Source: Alphaproteobacteria bacterium (GTDB lineage Bacteria; Pseudomonadota; Alphaproteobacteria; UBA828). Taken from it: DNA of 64,000 bases. The notes beneath the pieces are model-generated. The model was not told the DNA's origin, did not search any database, and saw only the letters and a program-made list of their open reading frames with translations. Positions 36,797 to 47,202 of the stretch are shown here, piece by piece. Positions within the stretch are counted from its first letter, which is position 1. Each line of letters starts with the position of its first letter. The DNA lies in the NCBI GenBank assembly GCA_963667785.2, contig CAXXMU010000001.1, positions 1,024,001 through 1,088,000 on the forward strand, in the 5' to 3' direction. The translations under genes were made by a program, and so were the position numbers.

Positions 36797-37852
36797 TCAG
36801 CCCGCCGGGATGACGCGGGCGGCGCGCATGTCGTCGAAGATCTCGATGAAGTTCTGCTCGGTGTCGATGGCCTCGGTGAAGCCGTACTGCAGGCGCTTGG
36901 TGTCCTCGAGGATGGTGTCCCAGGTGCGGCCGAAGTTCCAGTCGGCGAAGCCCCAGTCGCCGAGATCGGAGTAGGCCATCGGCTTGAGCTGGTGCGTGCG
37001 GGCGATCTCGTCCCAGACCGGGCCCTTGTCCGCCATGAAGTCCGCGAGCTTCATCGGCATCACGACGCCCGGCCGGCAGCCGAAATACTCGGTGAAGAGC
37101 GGCCACAGGTTGCACCATCGCATGCCCGAGACGTTGGTCACGTTGAACGCCTCGCCGGCGCAGGCGGGGGTCTGGGCGGCCCAGGCGGCGCAGCGGCCGA
37201 GCAGGCGCGCATCCACGAACTTGTTGAAGGCCGTGAACGCCGCCTCCGGCCCCGGATAGTTGAGCGGCACGTCCATCGCCTTGCAGACGCAGGCGTAGAC
37301 CGCGACCAGCGATGCGGTGTTGAGCGGAATGCCCTCGGCGAAGCCGACCACCGCCTCCGGCCTGAGGATGGTGTAGTTCCAGGACTTGCCCGCCTGCTGG
37401 GCGGCGATGAAGTCCTGCTGGTTGTAATAGAAGTTGGGCGGCAGGTGGCGCGGATCGGTCTCCTTCGACGGCGTCTTGTGCGGGCCGAGGTGGACGCCGT
37501 AGTACTTGCCGCCCTGCACCAGGATCACGCGCTCGAGCGCAGGCGAGATGGGCTCGATCACGCCGACGGAGTTGGTCACGAGCGCGAGGTTGCCCTCGAC
37601 GTTCTCGGCCTCCACGCCGCCGGAGAGGCCCGCGTAGAAGATGTGGGTGACGTCGGTGAGGCCCGCCAGCTTCTCCCTGGCGCCGGCCTCGTCCAGCAGG
37701 TCGACGGAGATGAAGGTGGCTCCGGTCTCGAAGTTCGCCGGCCTGCGGGAGAGGCCAACGATGTCCCACCCGCCTTCGGCCTCGAGTGCCTGGATGATGT
37801 TGCGCCCGATCATGCCGAGGCCGCCGACGACCACCGCCTTACCCTTCGCCAT
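36797..37852 (-). CDS. SDR oxidoreductase, PRISE (progesterone 5-beta-reductase/iridoid synthase-like) type
   Basis: VVGGLGMIG, GLSRR, THIFYA, QGGKYYG, PNFYYNQQD, LRP, EAFNVTN. Confidence 0.8.
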   Translation of the reverse strand: MAKGKAVVVGGLGMIGRNIIQALEAEGGWDIVGLSRRPANFETGATFISVDLLDEAGAREKLAGLTDVTHIFYAGLSGGVEAENVEGNLALVTNSVGVIEPISPALERVILVQGGKYYGVHLGPHKTPSKETDPRHLPPNFYYNQQDFIAAQQAGKSWNYTILRPEAVVGFAEGIPLNTASLVAVYACVCKAMDVPLNYPGPEAAFTAFNKFVDARLLGRCAAWAAQTPACAGEAFNVTNVSGMRWCNLWPLFTEYFGCRPGVVMPMKLADFMADKGPVWDEIARTHQLKPMAYSDLGDWGFADWNFGRTWDTILEDTKRLQYGFTEAIDTEQNFIEIFDDMRAARVIPAG

Positions 37853-38011
37853 TCCTGCTCTCCTCATTGCTCTGCGGGCCGCGCCCGGACGGCGCGCATG
37901 ATAGGCGGCGGGCACCTCGGGTCAAACCGGCGGCGGGACAGGGGCGGGTAGGGCGATCCGCGCGGGTGGGCTAACCTGACCGCGTTCCGTGACTGGCCGG
38001 GGAGAGACGCC

Positions 38012-39388
38012 ATGACACGCGATTGGGACGAGCTCGAGCGCTGGGACCGCGCCTACTACCTGCACGGGCTGCAGGCCGAGTCCGAGCTCAGCGTCACCGC
38101 AGTGGACGCGACCGACGGCAACTACCTCGTGCTCGCCGACGGCACCCGGCTGCTGGACTTCATGAGCCAGCTCATCTCGGACAATCTGGGGCACCGGCAC
38201 CCGGCGATCCACGGCGCGCTCGCGCAAGCCATGGAGCGCTACGGCCACGTCACCTACACGCTGGCGAACGAGTACCGCGCCCGGGCCGCGAAGCTCGTGA
38301 TCGCCGACGTGCTGGGGCGGGAGGACTGGGCCGGCCGGCTCCGCATCCTGCCGTCCGGCACCGAAGCGGTGGAGAGCTGCATCATGATGGCGCGCCTCTA
38401 CACCGGGCGCAGCGTGATCCTGACCCAGGCCCATTCCTTCCACGGCATGACCGTGGGCGCCACGATGATGCGGGGCTACCGCAACAACATCTCGACCGAG
38501 GATGGCTTCGCGGACGTTGCCGACGTGCCGGGCTGGCCGCCGCAGGGCTACATCCCGATCCCGCCGCCGGAGCACGAGGACTGGCAGGGCAGCGGCCCGC
38601 TGCCCTCGCTCGAGGCGACGGAGCACATCGTGCGCGCGGTCGGGCCCGAGAACGTCGCGGCGGTCATCAGCGAGCCGATGTTCGGCGCCGGCGGCACCTT
38701 CCCCCACATGGACTACATGCCGGGGCTGCGCGCGCTCTGCGACAAGTACGGCTTCCTCTGGATCGACGACGAGGTGATCACCGGCTTCGGGCGGCTCGGC
38801 GAATGGTTCGGCTACATGCACTGGCCGGGGGTGAAGCCCGACCTGATGGCGGCCGGCAAGGGCATCAACGGCTCGGCGCTGCCGGTCGGCGCAGTGATCG
38901 CGAGCGGAACCATCGCCGACTACTTCGAGAAGGCCCGCTGGTGGACCGGCAGCACCTGGGACGGCCATCCCCTCGTCTGCGCGACCATCGTCGGCAATCT
39001 CGAGTACATGCTCGCCCACGACATCATGCAGCAGGTGCGCCAGCGCGGCGCCTACCTCAAGGACCGGCTCGATGCGCTCGGGGAGAGGCACCCCAGCGTC
39101 GGCCGCGTGTCGGGGCGGGGCCTCTTCTACACCGTCGATCTGGTGGACGGGAACGGCGAGCCGATCGTTCCGGAGGACCGCTACTCCGCCTTCACCGGCG
39201 ATCTCGGCACCCATCCCAACGTCATCGTCGCGGCCGAGAACGCGAAGCGCGGAGTCTTCCTCGGCGGCTTCTCGCCGAACACGATCAAGCTCGGCCCGCC
39301 CTTCACCATCACCCAGGAGGAGATCGACACCGCGACGGATGCGCTCGACGCCGCGCTCACGGTGATCGACGAGCGCTTCACCCGCTGA
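38012..39388 (+). CDS. Class III PLP aminotransferase (taurine-pyruvate/omega-amino acid type)
   Basis: SGTEAVE, SFHG, ISEP, DDEVITGFGRLG, PDLMAAGKG. Confidence 0.88.
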   Translation: MTRDWDELERWDRAYYLHGLQAESELSVTAVDATDGNYLVLADGTRLLDFMSQLISDNLGHRHPAIHGALAQAMERYGHVTYTLANEYRARAAKLVIADVLGREDWAGRLRILPSGTEAVESCIMMARLYTGRSVILTQAHSFHGMTVGATMMRGYRNNISTEDGFADVADVPGWPPQGYIPIPPPEHEDWQGSGPLPSLEATEHIVRAVGPENVAAVISEPMFGAGGTFPHMDYMPGLRALCDKYGFLWIDDEVITGFGRLGEWFGYMHWPGVKPDLMAAGKGINGSALPVGAVIASGTIADYFEKARWWTGSTWDGHPLVCATIVGNLEYMLAHDIMQQVRQRGAYLKDRLDALGERHPSVGRVSGRGLFYTVDLVDGNGEPIVPEDRYSAFTGDLGTHPNVIVAAENAKRGVFLGGFSPNTIKLGPPFTITQEEIDTATDALDAALTVIDERFTR

Positions 39389-39415
39389 CGGCGCCCGGCC
39401 CCTGCCCGCAGCGCT

Positions 39416-39820
39416 CTACGGCATGCCCTCGATGGTGGGGAGCGCGGGAATCGCGTCGAGCCAGTGCTGCATCGACCGGGCGAATATGTGGGTCTTCGGG
39501 ACCAGCCGGTCGCGCTGGGCGATGGTGCCGACGCGGATGCCGTAGAAGGGGCCGGCCGGGTCCGAGGTGGCGTAGATCGGCGATCCGCAGGTGGGGCAGA
39601 AGGCCTGCTGGCGCCTGTTGCCGCTGTCCGCGATCTTGACGTAGACCTTGAGCTCGCCGGAGAGCAGGGTGAACGCGCCTTCCTTCGTGAACGCGACCGT
39701 GCGGAACGCCGAGCCCGAGAGGGTCTGGCAATCCGTGCAGTTGCAGATGAGGATGCGGTCGGTATCGAGCTCCGCCTCGTAGGTTATCTGCCCGCAGAAG
39801 CAGGCGCCGTCCACCTTCAT
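39416..39820 (-). CDS. GFA (glutathione-dependent formaldehyde-activating)/CENP-V family protein
   Basis: GACFCG, CNCTDCQ, FCPTCGSP. Confidence 0.88.
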   Translation of the reverse strand: MKVDGACFCGQITYEAELDTDRILICNCTDCQTLSGSAFRTVAFTKEGAFTLLSGELKVYVKIADSGNRRQQAFCPTCGSPIYATSDPAGPFYGIRVGTIAQRDRLVPKTHIFARSMQHWLDAIPALPTIEGMP

Positions 39821-39863
39821 CCCCTCTCTCCTCTCGCCATGGGCCGGGCCGCGCCGGACGCGG

Positions 39864-40820
39864 CTACTCGAACACGATGCGCGGCATGTAGCAGGAGACC
39901 ACCCAGTTGGGCCGGTCGACGATCTCGCTGATGCGGAGGTCGGCGCAGACGCTGCAGAGCATGTAGGCGTCGGCCGCCGCCAGGCCGCGCGAGGCGCCGA
40001 GCCGGTCGATCATGCCGCGCACCGCGTTCTGCGCCGCTTCCATCAGGTCGGGGCCGATGCCCGTGGTCACCTCGTAGCCGCTGCCGTCGAGATGGCGGGA
40101 GACCGGGCCCGGCGTCTCGAAGCGCGGGAAGCGCAGCCCCTCTCCCTTGATCAGGTCGAGCCGGACGACCGGCGCCATGGGCGATTCGATCGCCGTGCCG
40201 CACACCTCGCCATCGCCCTGGGCGCAGTGCGGGTCGCCGATCGAGAAGAGCCCGCCCGGAACCTGCACCGGGAGATAGAGGTCCACGCCCATGGTGAGGT
40301 CGCGGATGTCCATGTTGCCGCCGCTCTCGTAGGGCGGCACGGTGCTGAAGCCGCCGGGCTCGGCGCGGGCGAGGCCGATCGTGCCGCAGAAGGGCTTCAG
40401 CGGCACGCGGGCGATGCTCGAATAGGCGGCGGGCTCGCGAAAGCCCGTGTCGTAGGACCAGATGTTGAGTGAGGCCTCCGGGAAGTCGTCGGCCAGCAGG
40501 CCGAAGCCGGGGACGATCGCGGTCCAGGCCCAGCCGGACGGCGTGAGCTCCACAAGGGTCGCCTTGACCGTGTCGCCCGGCTCGGCACCGTCGATGAAGA
40601 CGGGTCCGGCGATCGGGTTGACCCGGGCGAAGTCGAGATTGGCGACCGCCTCGGGCGTGGAATCGGGTGCGAGCTGGCCGCACACCGCGTCGACCTCCGC
40701 GAACGCGACCGTTTCCCCCGGCGCCACGGTCAACGCCGGCTCGCGGGCGTTGTCCCAGGTCATGTGCTGATGGCCGGCGTGGATCGTGTGCGCGCCGAGC
40801 GCCTTGTCGGATCCGCTCAC
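39864..40820 (-). CDS. Acetamidase/formamidase family protein
   Basis: NPIAGPVFIDGAEPGD, GGNMD, GDPHCAQGDGEVCGTAIE, AYMLCSVCADLRISEIVD. Confidence 0.88.
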   Translation of the reverse strand: MSGSDKALGAHTIHAGHQHMTWDNAREPALTVAPGETVAFAEVDAVCGQLAPDSTPEAVANLDFARVNPIAGPVFIDGAEPGDTVKATLVELTPSGWAWTAIVPGFGLLADDFPEASLNIWSYDTGFREPAAYSSIARVPLKPFCGTIGLARAEPGGFSTVPPYESGGNMDIRDLTMGVDLYLPVQVPGGLFSIGDPHCAQGDGEVCGTAIESPMAPVVRLDLIKGEGLRFPRFETPGPVSRHLDGSGYEVTTGIGPDLMEAAQNAVRGMIDRLGASRGLAAADAYMLCSVCADLRISEIVDRPNWVVSCYMPRIVFE

Positions 40821-40984
40821 GGGGCGACCCTCCTCCTGCCCGTCATTCCGCGGCGTCCTGCACCCCGGCTCGCGGGCGATGGCCGGTGCGGAAGAGCGTG
40901 TTGGCCATCTTGCGGCAGACGGCCTCGAAGCGCTTGTTCAGGATCGCGAGGCGAACGCCGTCCATCGGCTCGTCCCGTGGCCGG

Positions 40985-41950
40985 CTAGGCCCGTTCCGCT
41001 TCGGCGAGGTCGGTGGGGTCGTCGCCCCGGCGCAGCATGGCGATGAGCGCGAGGTTCACGGCGATGTAGCCGGGTGCCACCTCGTTCGCACCCGCGAGCC
41101 GCGACTCCGGCCGCTCGCGCAGCTCCCGGCTCAGCGCGCCGAGCCTGTGGAAGGGCACGCCGGGGAAGAGGTGGTGCTCGGTGTGGTAGGGCATCTGCCA
41201 CATCAGCCAGCGCAGGAGAGGCCCGGCGCGGGTGGTGCGCGTGCCCCCGATGACGCCCTGCCCGTTGGGCAGGCCGTGATGCTCGGCGGCGACGTAGCAG
41301 CGATAGAAGCACGTGGTGAGCATCATCGGCCCCCAGACGCAGAGCAGCGCCGCCCAGCTCCCGAAATAGGCCGAGAGAGCGACCACGGCTGCGTAGCCGA
41401 GCACGTAGAGCCGCGCCTCGCGGATCACGATGCGCCGGTCCCGTTCCTTGAGGAAGGGCTCGGGCGCGTGGCCGAGGGCGTGTTCCGCCAGGTTGCGGAC
41501 CTGGGCGATCCACAGCGCCGGGCCGGCCACGAACTTGAGATAGCTCCAGCGCGTCCATGGCCTCTGGGCCAGCAGCTCCGGGTCGTGCCCGGCGACCTTG
41601 GTGTGCCGGTGGTGGGCGAAATGGAAGAAGCGCTGATAGTTGTGGGCATAGAAGCGGGGGAAGCTCGCCAGGTGGCCGAAGGCATCGTTGAGGGCCTTGC
41701 TGCGAAAGACCGTCCAGTGCCCGAGCTCGTGCTGGCCCGCGTAGCAGAAGCCCCAGAGGATGACGCCGTGGGCCACGAACACCGGCGCCACCCACCAGCT
41801 GCCCCAGAGCGCGTGGATCGCGTAGCCGGTCAGCCCCAGGGCGCCGAGCTGGCTCAGCACCTGGCTCCAGCCGCGCAGGTCAGAGCGCTGCGACAGCGCC
41901 TTGAGGCGGCGCGGCTCGATCAGGTCCTTGCGCGCGATCCAGTCGTCCAT
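40985..41950 (-). CDS. Fatty acid desaturase family protein (MocD-like)
   Basis: His boxes QHELGH, HFAHH, YHTEHHLFPGVPFH. Confidence 0.85.
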   Translation of the reverse strand: MDDWIARKDLIEPRRLKALSQRSDLRGWSQVLSQLGALGLTGYAIHALWGSWWVAPVFVAHGVILWGFCYAGQHELGHWTVFRSKALNDAFGHLASFPRFYAHNYQRFFHFAHHRHTKVAGHDPELLAQRPWTRWSYLKFVAGPALWIAQVRNLAEHALGHAPEPFLKERDRRIVIREARLYVLGYAAVVALSAYFGSWAALLCVWGPMMLTTCFYRCYVAAEHHGLPNGQGVIGGTRTTRAGPLLRWLMWQMPYHTEHHLFPGVPFHRLGALSRELRERPESRLAGANEVAPGYIAVNLALIAMLRRGDDPTDLAEAERA

Positions 41951-41954
41951 GGTC

Positions 41955-43637
41955 TCAGCCGCTGCGCTGGGTGACGGCCAGCATACGCCCGCGCTCGATC
42001 AACAGGAAGCGATCCGCGGCGGTGCGCCGCCACGGGCTCCAGTGTCCGTCAGGCCACTGCACGCGCACCTCGGCGTCCGCCGCCCGGCCCAGGCCGAAGT
42101 GTATCCACCCCGCCTGTCCGCTGACGTGGCCGCCGCCGACCACGACCTCGTGGCGCTGGATGCGGCCCGAGGCGCGCACCTCGATCCACGCGCCCACCGC
42201 GTTCCGGTTGGCGCCCTCCTGGCGCAGCATGAGCTGGAGCCAGTGGCCGCCGTGGCGGCTCCGGTTGTGCAGGATCTCGACGTTGGCCACGCGGTTGACG
42301 ACGACGATATCGAGCAGTCCGTCCAGGTCGAGATCGATCACGGCGCCGCCCCGGCTCCGCCTCATGCTGGCCGCGCCCGCCTCCACCGAGGCCTCACGGA
42401 AGCTGCCGCCGGGGCCGCCGAGGAGCAGGTTGTTGGGGTCGTCTGCGGCGGCCTCCTCCATCTCCTCCACGTTGCCCTTGGCGACGAAGAGGTCGACCCA
42501 GCCGTCGTTGTTCACGTCGGCGAACTGCGAGTGCCAGGCCGTGGAGGGCCGCTCGTCGCGGCCCGCGTGGGGGCGCGTGGCCTCGACGCCGGTCTCGTAG
42601 GCGATCTCGTGGAAGCGGGGCTCGGCGGTGCTGCCGGGCTCAAGCGTCCGCAGCCGGTTCGCCCCCATGTTGGAGAGGAAGTAGTCCGGCAGGCCGTCGC
42701 CGGTGAGGTCGTGGCTGGCGATCCCCATGCCCCAGATGCGGAGTCGCGCCCAGCCGTCGTCGCGCCCGTAGGGCCGGGGCTCGGGCCCCATGCGCCAGAG
42801 CTGCTCCTCGCCGGTATCCTCGTGATAGAAGCGGTCGTTGCTGACGCGCAGGTCCGGCCGGCCGGCACGGCTCCAGTCGGAGAACAGCATCGAGAGCGGG
42901 CAGTGCCCGGGGCTGAGCGGCAGCGCCGGCCCGTAGACGGCCGCCTCCGCGCCCGCCGGCCGGTGGAGCGTATTGTCGGGGCAGGCCGGCGTGGGCTCCG
43001 CGCCGGAGGACGGCTCGCCGAATGGCGTGTGCATGGCGGCCCACATGTGGCGATCGACGTAGTTGCCGAAGGCGAGGCTCGGCAGCCCGTTGTCTCCCTC
43101 CCAGACGGCGCTGAAGGCGGTGGTCCAGCCCTCGCCGCCGGGGACGCCCCAGGCCTCGTCCGCGCGCGCGAAGCGGCAGTCGCCGAGGCCGCGGTAGAGC
43201 CGGTTCGCGCCGAGCCGCAGGACGGCGAGGTCCATCAGGCCGTCGCCGTCGATATCGAGCGGATAGGCGCCCGTGACCCCGCTCTCGCCAAGCTCCGTAT
43301 CGGCGAGCGCGGCGAAACGCAGCGCGCCCGGCGCGCTCTCGTTGCGAAAGAGCCCGGCCGGCGCGGCACCGCCGGCGAAGAAGAGATCGGGGTCGTCGTC
43401 GAGGTCGCAGTCGAAGGCGGCGACGCCGCCGCCCACATAGTGGGTCCAGTCGCCGGTATAGGCGTGGGTCACGCCGGCGTCGGCGGCGACCTCGACGAAG
43501 CGGGGCGGTTGCGGGTCGTTCGGGTCGGCGGCGCCGACGTCCGGCGAGCCGGCGATTGCGCCGCCCAGCGCCAGCAGGCCCGCGAGCGCTGCGACGGAAG
43601 GGACGGCGGAAGACAGGTGCCGATGCCACCGCGCCAT
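41955..43637 (-). CDS. CRTAC1 family FG-GAP repeat protein with ASPIC/UnbV domain, secreted
   Basis: Signal peptide; repeated DxDxDG.xDL motifs; NRNAVGAWIEV...GGGHVSGQAGWIHFGLG...VQWPDG. Confidence 0.85.
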   Translation of the reverse strand: MARWHRHLSSAVPSVAALAGLLALGGAIAGSPDVGAADPNDPQPPRFVEVAADAGVTHAYTGDWTHYVGGGVAAFDCDLDDDPDLFFAGGAAPAGLFRNESAPGALRFAALADTELGESGVTGAYPLDIDGDGLMDLAVLRLGANRLYRGLGDCRFARADEAWGVPGGEGWTTAFSAVWEGDNGLPSLAFGNYVDRHMWAAMHTPFGEPSSGAEPTPACPDNTLHRPAGAEAAVYGPALPLSPGHCPLSMLFSDWSRAGRPDLRVSNDRFYHEDTGEEQLWRMGPEPRPYGRDDGWARLRIWGMGIASHDLTGDGLPDYFLSNMGANRLRTLEPGSTAEPRFHEIAYETGVEATRPHAGRDERPSTAWHSQFADVNNDGWVDLFVAKGNVEEMEEAAADDPNNLLLGGPGGSFREASVEAGAASMRRSRGGAVIDLDLDGLLDIVVVNRVANVEILHNRSRHGGHWLQLMLRQEGANRNAVGAWIEVRASGRIQRHEVVVGGGHVSGQAGWIHFGLGRAADAEVRVQWPDGHWSPWRRTAADRFLLIERGRMLAVTQRSG

Positions 43638-43658
43638 CGTATCGGCTCTGCGGCGGGT

Positions 43659-44717
43659 CTAATCCGGCGTGGCCGAGTCTCGCCTTACGATCCCGGCCAG
43701 CCGCTGCTGCACGCGCTGGACGATCGTCAACCGCTGCAGGCGGTTGCTGACCGATTCGATGGCGCCGGCGACGCCTTCGGGCAGGAAGACCATGAAGAGC
43801 AGGACCACCACCCCGAGGCCGATGTTGCGCAGGTCGGAGAACTCCTTGAAGAACTCGTCCGCCACCATCAGCAGGCCTGCGCCGAGCAGCGGGCCCCAGA
43901 GTCGCCCGATGCCGCCCACCACCAGCATCGAGATCAGGAAGAGCAGCAGCGCGAAGCCCACCAGGTTGGAGCCGACCGAGCCGAAGTGCGCCGCGTAGAA
44001 GGCGCCCGCCATGGAGGTCAGGAAGGCCGAGGCGGCGAAGACGATGAGCTGGTACTTGAAGACGCTCACGCCGCGCGAGGTGGCGAGCTCTTCGTTGTCG
44101 CGCAGCGCCTTGAAGGCGAGGCCGATGCGGCTCTGCGTCATCGCCGCGGTAAAGACCAGCGCGACGATGAGGAGGCCCAGCATCGTGTAGTAGTCGCCCA
44201 TCATCCAGTTGCGCCCGCCCAGCACCTCGCGCCAGCCGAAGGTGCCGAAGTCGCCGAGCCCCTGCGCGCCGCCGGTGAACGAGACGCAGGTCGCCGGATT
44301 GATGACCTTGTTGAGCGCGCTGCAGTCGGAGTCCGTCTGGATCAGCACGAACATGGTCTGCGAGATGGCGAGCGTCAGCAGGGCGACGTAGATGCCGCGC
44401 ATCCTGAGGCAGGCGAGACCGATGAAGATGCTGAACACCACGCCGGCGGCACCGGCGACGGGGAAGGTGGGCCACAGGCTCCAGTCGAGATAGCGGCCCA
44501 TCAGCGCCGAGGTGTAGGCGCCGAAGGCGAAGATCGCGAGCTGCGCCAGCGAGAAGATGCCGGCCACGCCGAACACCAGGTTCCACTGGCTCACCACGGT
44601 GGCGTAGCAGAAGAGCAGCAGCGCGCTCGCGATGATGTAGCGCGGCACGCCCATGAAGGGGAAGGCCGCGGCGACGGCCAGCAGGATGGCGAAGAAGATG
44701 TAGTCGCGGGTTTTCAT
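43659..44717 (-). CDS. Branched-chain amino acid ABC permease (LivM-like)
   Basis: WNLVFGVAGIFSLAQ, RMRGIYVALLTLA, ALRDNE, VGGIGRLWGP. Confidence 0.88.
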   Translation of the reverse strand: MKTRDYIFFAILLAVAAAFPFMGVPRYIIASALLLFCYATVVSQWNLVFGVAGIFSLAQLAIFAFGAYTSALMGRYLDWSLWPTFPVAGAAGVVFSIFIGLACLRMRGIYVALLTLAISQTMFVLIQTDSDCSALNKVINPATCVSFTGGAQGLGDFGTFGWREVLGGRNWMMGDYYTMLGLLIVALVFTAAMTQSRIGLAFKALRDNEELATSRGVSVFKYQLIVFAASAFLTSMAGAFYAAHFGSVGSNLVGFALLLFLISMLVVGGIGRLWGPLLGAGLLMVADEFFKEFSDLRNIGLGVVVLLFMVFLPEGVAGAIESVSNRLQRLTIVQRVQQRLAGIVRRDSATPD

Positions 44718-44736
44718 GACGCTGCCATCGCTACCG

Positions 44737-45630
44737 TCACTGCCGGGCGATCTGGTGCTTGCCGAACAGCCCGGCGGGGCGCCAGATGATCGCGATCACC
44801 ACTACCACGAGCATGGCGAGGAAGCCCCACTTGTCGGCCACGAGCACCTTCACCGCCGCCTCCACCATGCCGATCAGAAGCGCGGCATAGAGCGCGCCGG
44901 TCATGTTGCCGAGGCCGGCGAGCACGATGACGATGAAGGCCTTGAGCATCGGCGTCTGGCCCATCAGCGGCACGACGTCCTTGAACGAGCTCAGCATGAT
45001 GCCGGCGACGCCCGCGAGCGCGCTGGCGAGCGCCAGCACGATGACGTAGACGCGCTTCACCTTCACGCCCATCAGGCGCGCGGCGTCGCGGTTCTGCGCG
45101 GTCGCGCGGATCGCGCGCCCCATGGTCGTACGCGTCAGGAAGAGCGCGACGAGCACGATCAGGGCGACGGCCACCGCCCAGATGATGAGGCGCTGGTAGC
45201 TCACCGGCACGTCGCCGACGAGGAACGAATCGGCGCCGAGCGAGAGCGGCTGGGAGTAGGGCGCGGCCTGGAAGAGCTCGCGCAGCAGCTTCAACAGGCC
45301 GGCTTCCAGCGCCATGCCGAGGCCGAAGGTGGCGATGATGATCGTCACCTCGAAGTTCTTCTGCGTCAGCATCCAGTGAGCCGAGGCGAAGTAGACGGCA
45401 GCGCCCACGATGCCGCCGGCGATGAAGGCGAAGGGGCCCGCGAACCAGAGCGGCAGACCGAACAGCTCGGCCCAGACCAGCACGAAGTAGGCGCCCAAGG
45501 TCATGATGATGCCGTGGGCCATGTTCAGCATGTTGAACGCGCCCCAGACCAGCGCGAGCCCGACGGCCGCCAGCGCATACATGGCGCCGAAGGTCAGCCC
45601 GCTGACGATGATCTGGATAAAGAAGTTCAC
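44737..45630 (-). CDS. Branched-chain amino acid ABC permease (LivH-like)
   Basis: GAMYALAAVGLALVWG..LNMAHG, GRAIRATAQN. Confidence 0.88.
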   Translation of the reverse strand: MNFFIQIIVSGLTFGAMYALAAVGLALVWGAFNMLNMAHGIIMTLGAYFVLVWAELFGLPLWFAGPFAFIAGGIVGAAVYFASAHWMLTQKNFEVTIIIATFGLGMALEAGLLKLLRELFQAAPYSQPLSLGADSFLVGDVPVSYQRLIIWAVAVALIVLVALFLTRTTMGRAIRATAQNRDAARLMGVKVKRVYVIVLALASALAGVAGIMLSSFKDVVPLMGQTPMLKAFIVIVLAGLGNMTGALYAALLIGMVEAAVKVLVADKWGFLAMLVVVVIAIIWRPAGLFGKHQIARQ

Positions 45631-45648
45631 TGCGCGCCCCCGCTGCCC

Positions 45649-46365
45649 TCAGCCGCCGAGATAGGTCTCGAGGATCTGCTGGTTGTTGTGCAGCTCCTCG
45701 CCGTCGCCGGCCCAGACGATCGTGCCGGTGTCGAGCAGGTGGATGCGGTCGGCGAGGTCGATGATCCGGCTCGCGTTCTCCTCGACGAGCAGGATCGTCC
45801 GTCCCGACGCCTTGAGGTCGGTGATGATCTCGTAGATCTGGTCGATGACGATCGGCGCGAGGCCGAGCGAGGGCTCGTCGATCATCAGGATGCGCCCGCC
45901 GGCCAGCAGGCCGCGGCCGATGGCGAGCATCCGGCGCTCGCCGCCCGAGAGGGTGCGCGCGAGCTGGGTCGTGCGCTCCTTCAGCCGGGGCAGGATCTCG
46001 TAGATCTTCTCGACCTCCTGCTCGAAGGTCTTGCGCACCCGGGGCAGGTAGGCGCCCATCTTGAGGTTGTCGTAGACGCTCATGTCCGGGAACAGCATGT
46101 CGCCCTGCGGGATCAGGACGACGCCGAGGCTCACGACCGTCTCCGCCTCGGCGCCCTCGATCCGGCGGCCCGCGAGGTGGATGTGGCCGCCGCTCGGCCG
46201 GAGCAGGCCGGCGATGCAGCGGAGCAGCGTGGTCTTGCCGTGCCCGTTGGGGCCAAGCATGGTGATGAGCCCGCCTTCGGGCACGTCGAACGAGACGTCC
46301 TTGAGGACGCTCTGTCCCTCGTACCCCGCAAACAGGTTCTGAACGGAAAGGAGGGGCTCAGCCAT
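45649..46365 (-). CDS. Branched-chain ABC ATP-binding protein (LivF-like)
   Basis: GPNGHGKTT, LSGGERRMLAIGR, DEPSLGLAP. Confidence 0.9.
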   Translation of the reverse strand: MAEPLLSVQNLFAGYEGQSVLKDVSFDVPEGGLITMLGPNGHGKTTLLRCIAGLLRPSGGHIHLAGRRIEGAEAETVVSLGVVLIPQGDMLFPDMSVYDNLKMGAYLPRVRKTFEQEVEKIYEILPRLKERTTQLARTLSGGERRMLAIGRGLLAGGRILMIDEPSLGLAPIVIDQIYEIITDLKASGRTILLVEENASRIIDLADRIHLLDTGTIVWAGDGEELHNNQQILETYLGG

Positions 46366-47164
46366 CGGCGGCCGCCCGTTCCGCCAGCATGTGCTGCAGG
46401 CGGTCCGCCGTGCCTTCGCCGAGATAGACCTCGACGACGCGCCGGTCGCTCAGCAGCCCCTGGGTGTCCCCCTCATAGATCTTCTCGCCGTGGTGCATGA
46501 TGACGACCCGGCTCGAGACCTGGAGCAGGAAGCGCATCACGTGCTCGATCAGGATGATCGTCATGCCCTCGGCGGCGAGGCCGTCGACGATCTCCATCAC
46601 GTCGTCGACCTCGTGCGGATTGAGGCCGCCGACCGGCTCGTCGATGAGCAGGAGCTTGGGTTCGGTCGCCACCGCGCTCGCCAGCATCAGCAGCTTGCGC
46701 TCCAGCACCGGCGCGTCGCGGGCGACAGCTTCGGCGCGATCGGTGAGCCGGCAGAGCTCGAGCGCGCGGTCCACCCGCTCCCGCACCGCCCGCGAAAAGG
46801 TCACCGCCGGCACGCCGTGATCGCCGAGGCCGAAGGCCGAGCCGATCAGCACGTTCTCCCGGATCGTCAGCGAATCGAAGCCGGCGTTGAGCTGGAAGGT
46901 CCGCGCCATGCCCCGGTGGCAGATGAGGTCCGGCCGGACCTTGGAAATCTCCCGCCCCTCCAGCCTGATCTCGCCGCTGGTGGCGGGGTTGATGCCCGAG
47001 ATCACGTCGAGGAACGTGGTCTTGCCGGCGCCGTTGGGGCCGCCGATCCCGACCACGTCGCCGGTGTGAACGTCGAGATCGAAGTCGTTTACCGCTGCCA
47101 GCGCGCCGAAATACTTGAAAACGTTACGGCACGCCAGCAGCGGTACACGTTCCCCCGAATCCAT
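46358..47164 (-). CDS. Branched-chain ABC ATP-binding protein (LivG-like)
   Basis: FGALAAV, GPNGAGKTT, ARTFQ, DEPVGGL, IEHVM, VVEVYLG. Confidence 0.9.
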   Translation of the reverse strand: MDSGERVPLLACRNVFKYFGALAAVNDFDLDVHTGDVVGIGGPNGAGKTTFLDVISGINPATSGEIRLEGREISKVRPDLICHRGMARTFQLNAGFDSLTIRENVLIGSAFGLGDHGVPAVTFSRAVRERVDRALELCRLTDRAEAVARDAPVLERKLLMLASAVATEPKLLLIDEPVGGLNPHEVDDVMEIVDGLAAEGMTIILIEHVMRFLLQVSSRVVIMHHGEKIYEGDTQGLLSDRRVVEVYLGEGTADRLQHMLAERAAADG

Positions 47165-47202
47165 GGGTTGAACCGGTTCCTATGTCTTCGGGGTGATGAG
47201 GC

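Noticed and set aside
41955-43637. Enediyne biosynthetic cluster because of the UnbV domain
   Set aside because: No PKS, thioesterase or other enediyne cassette genes in the window.
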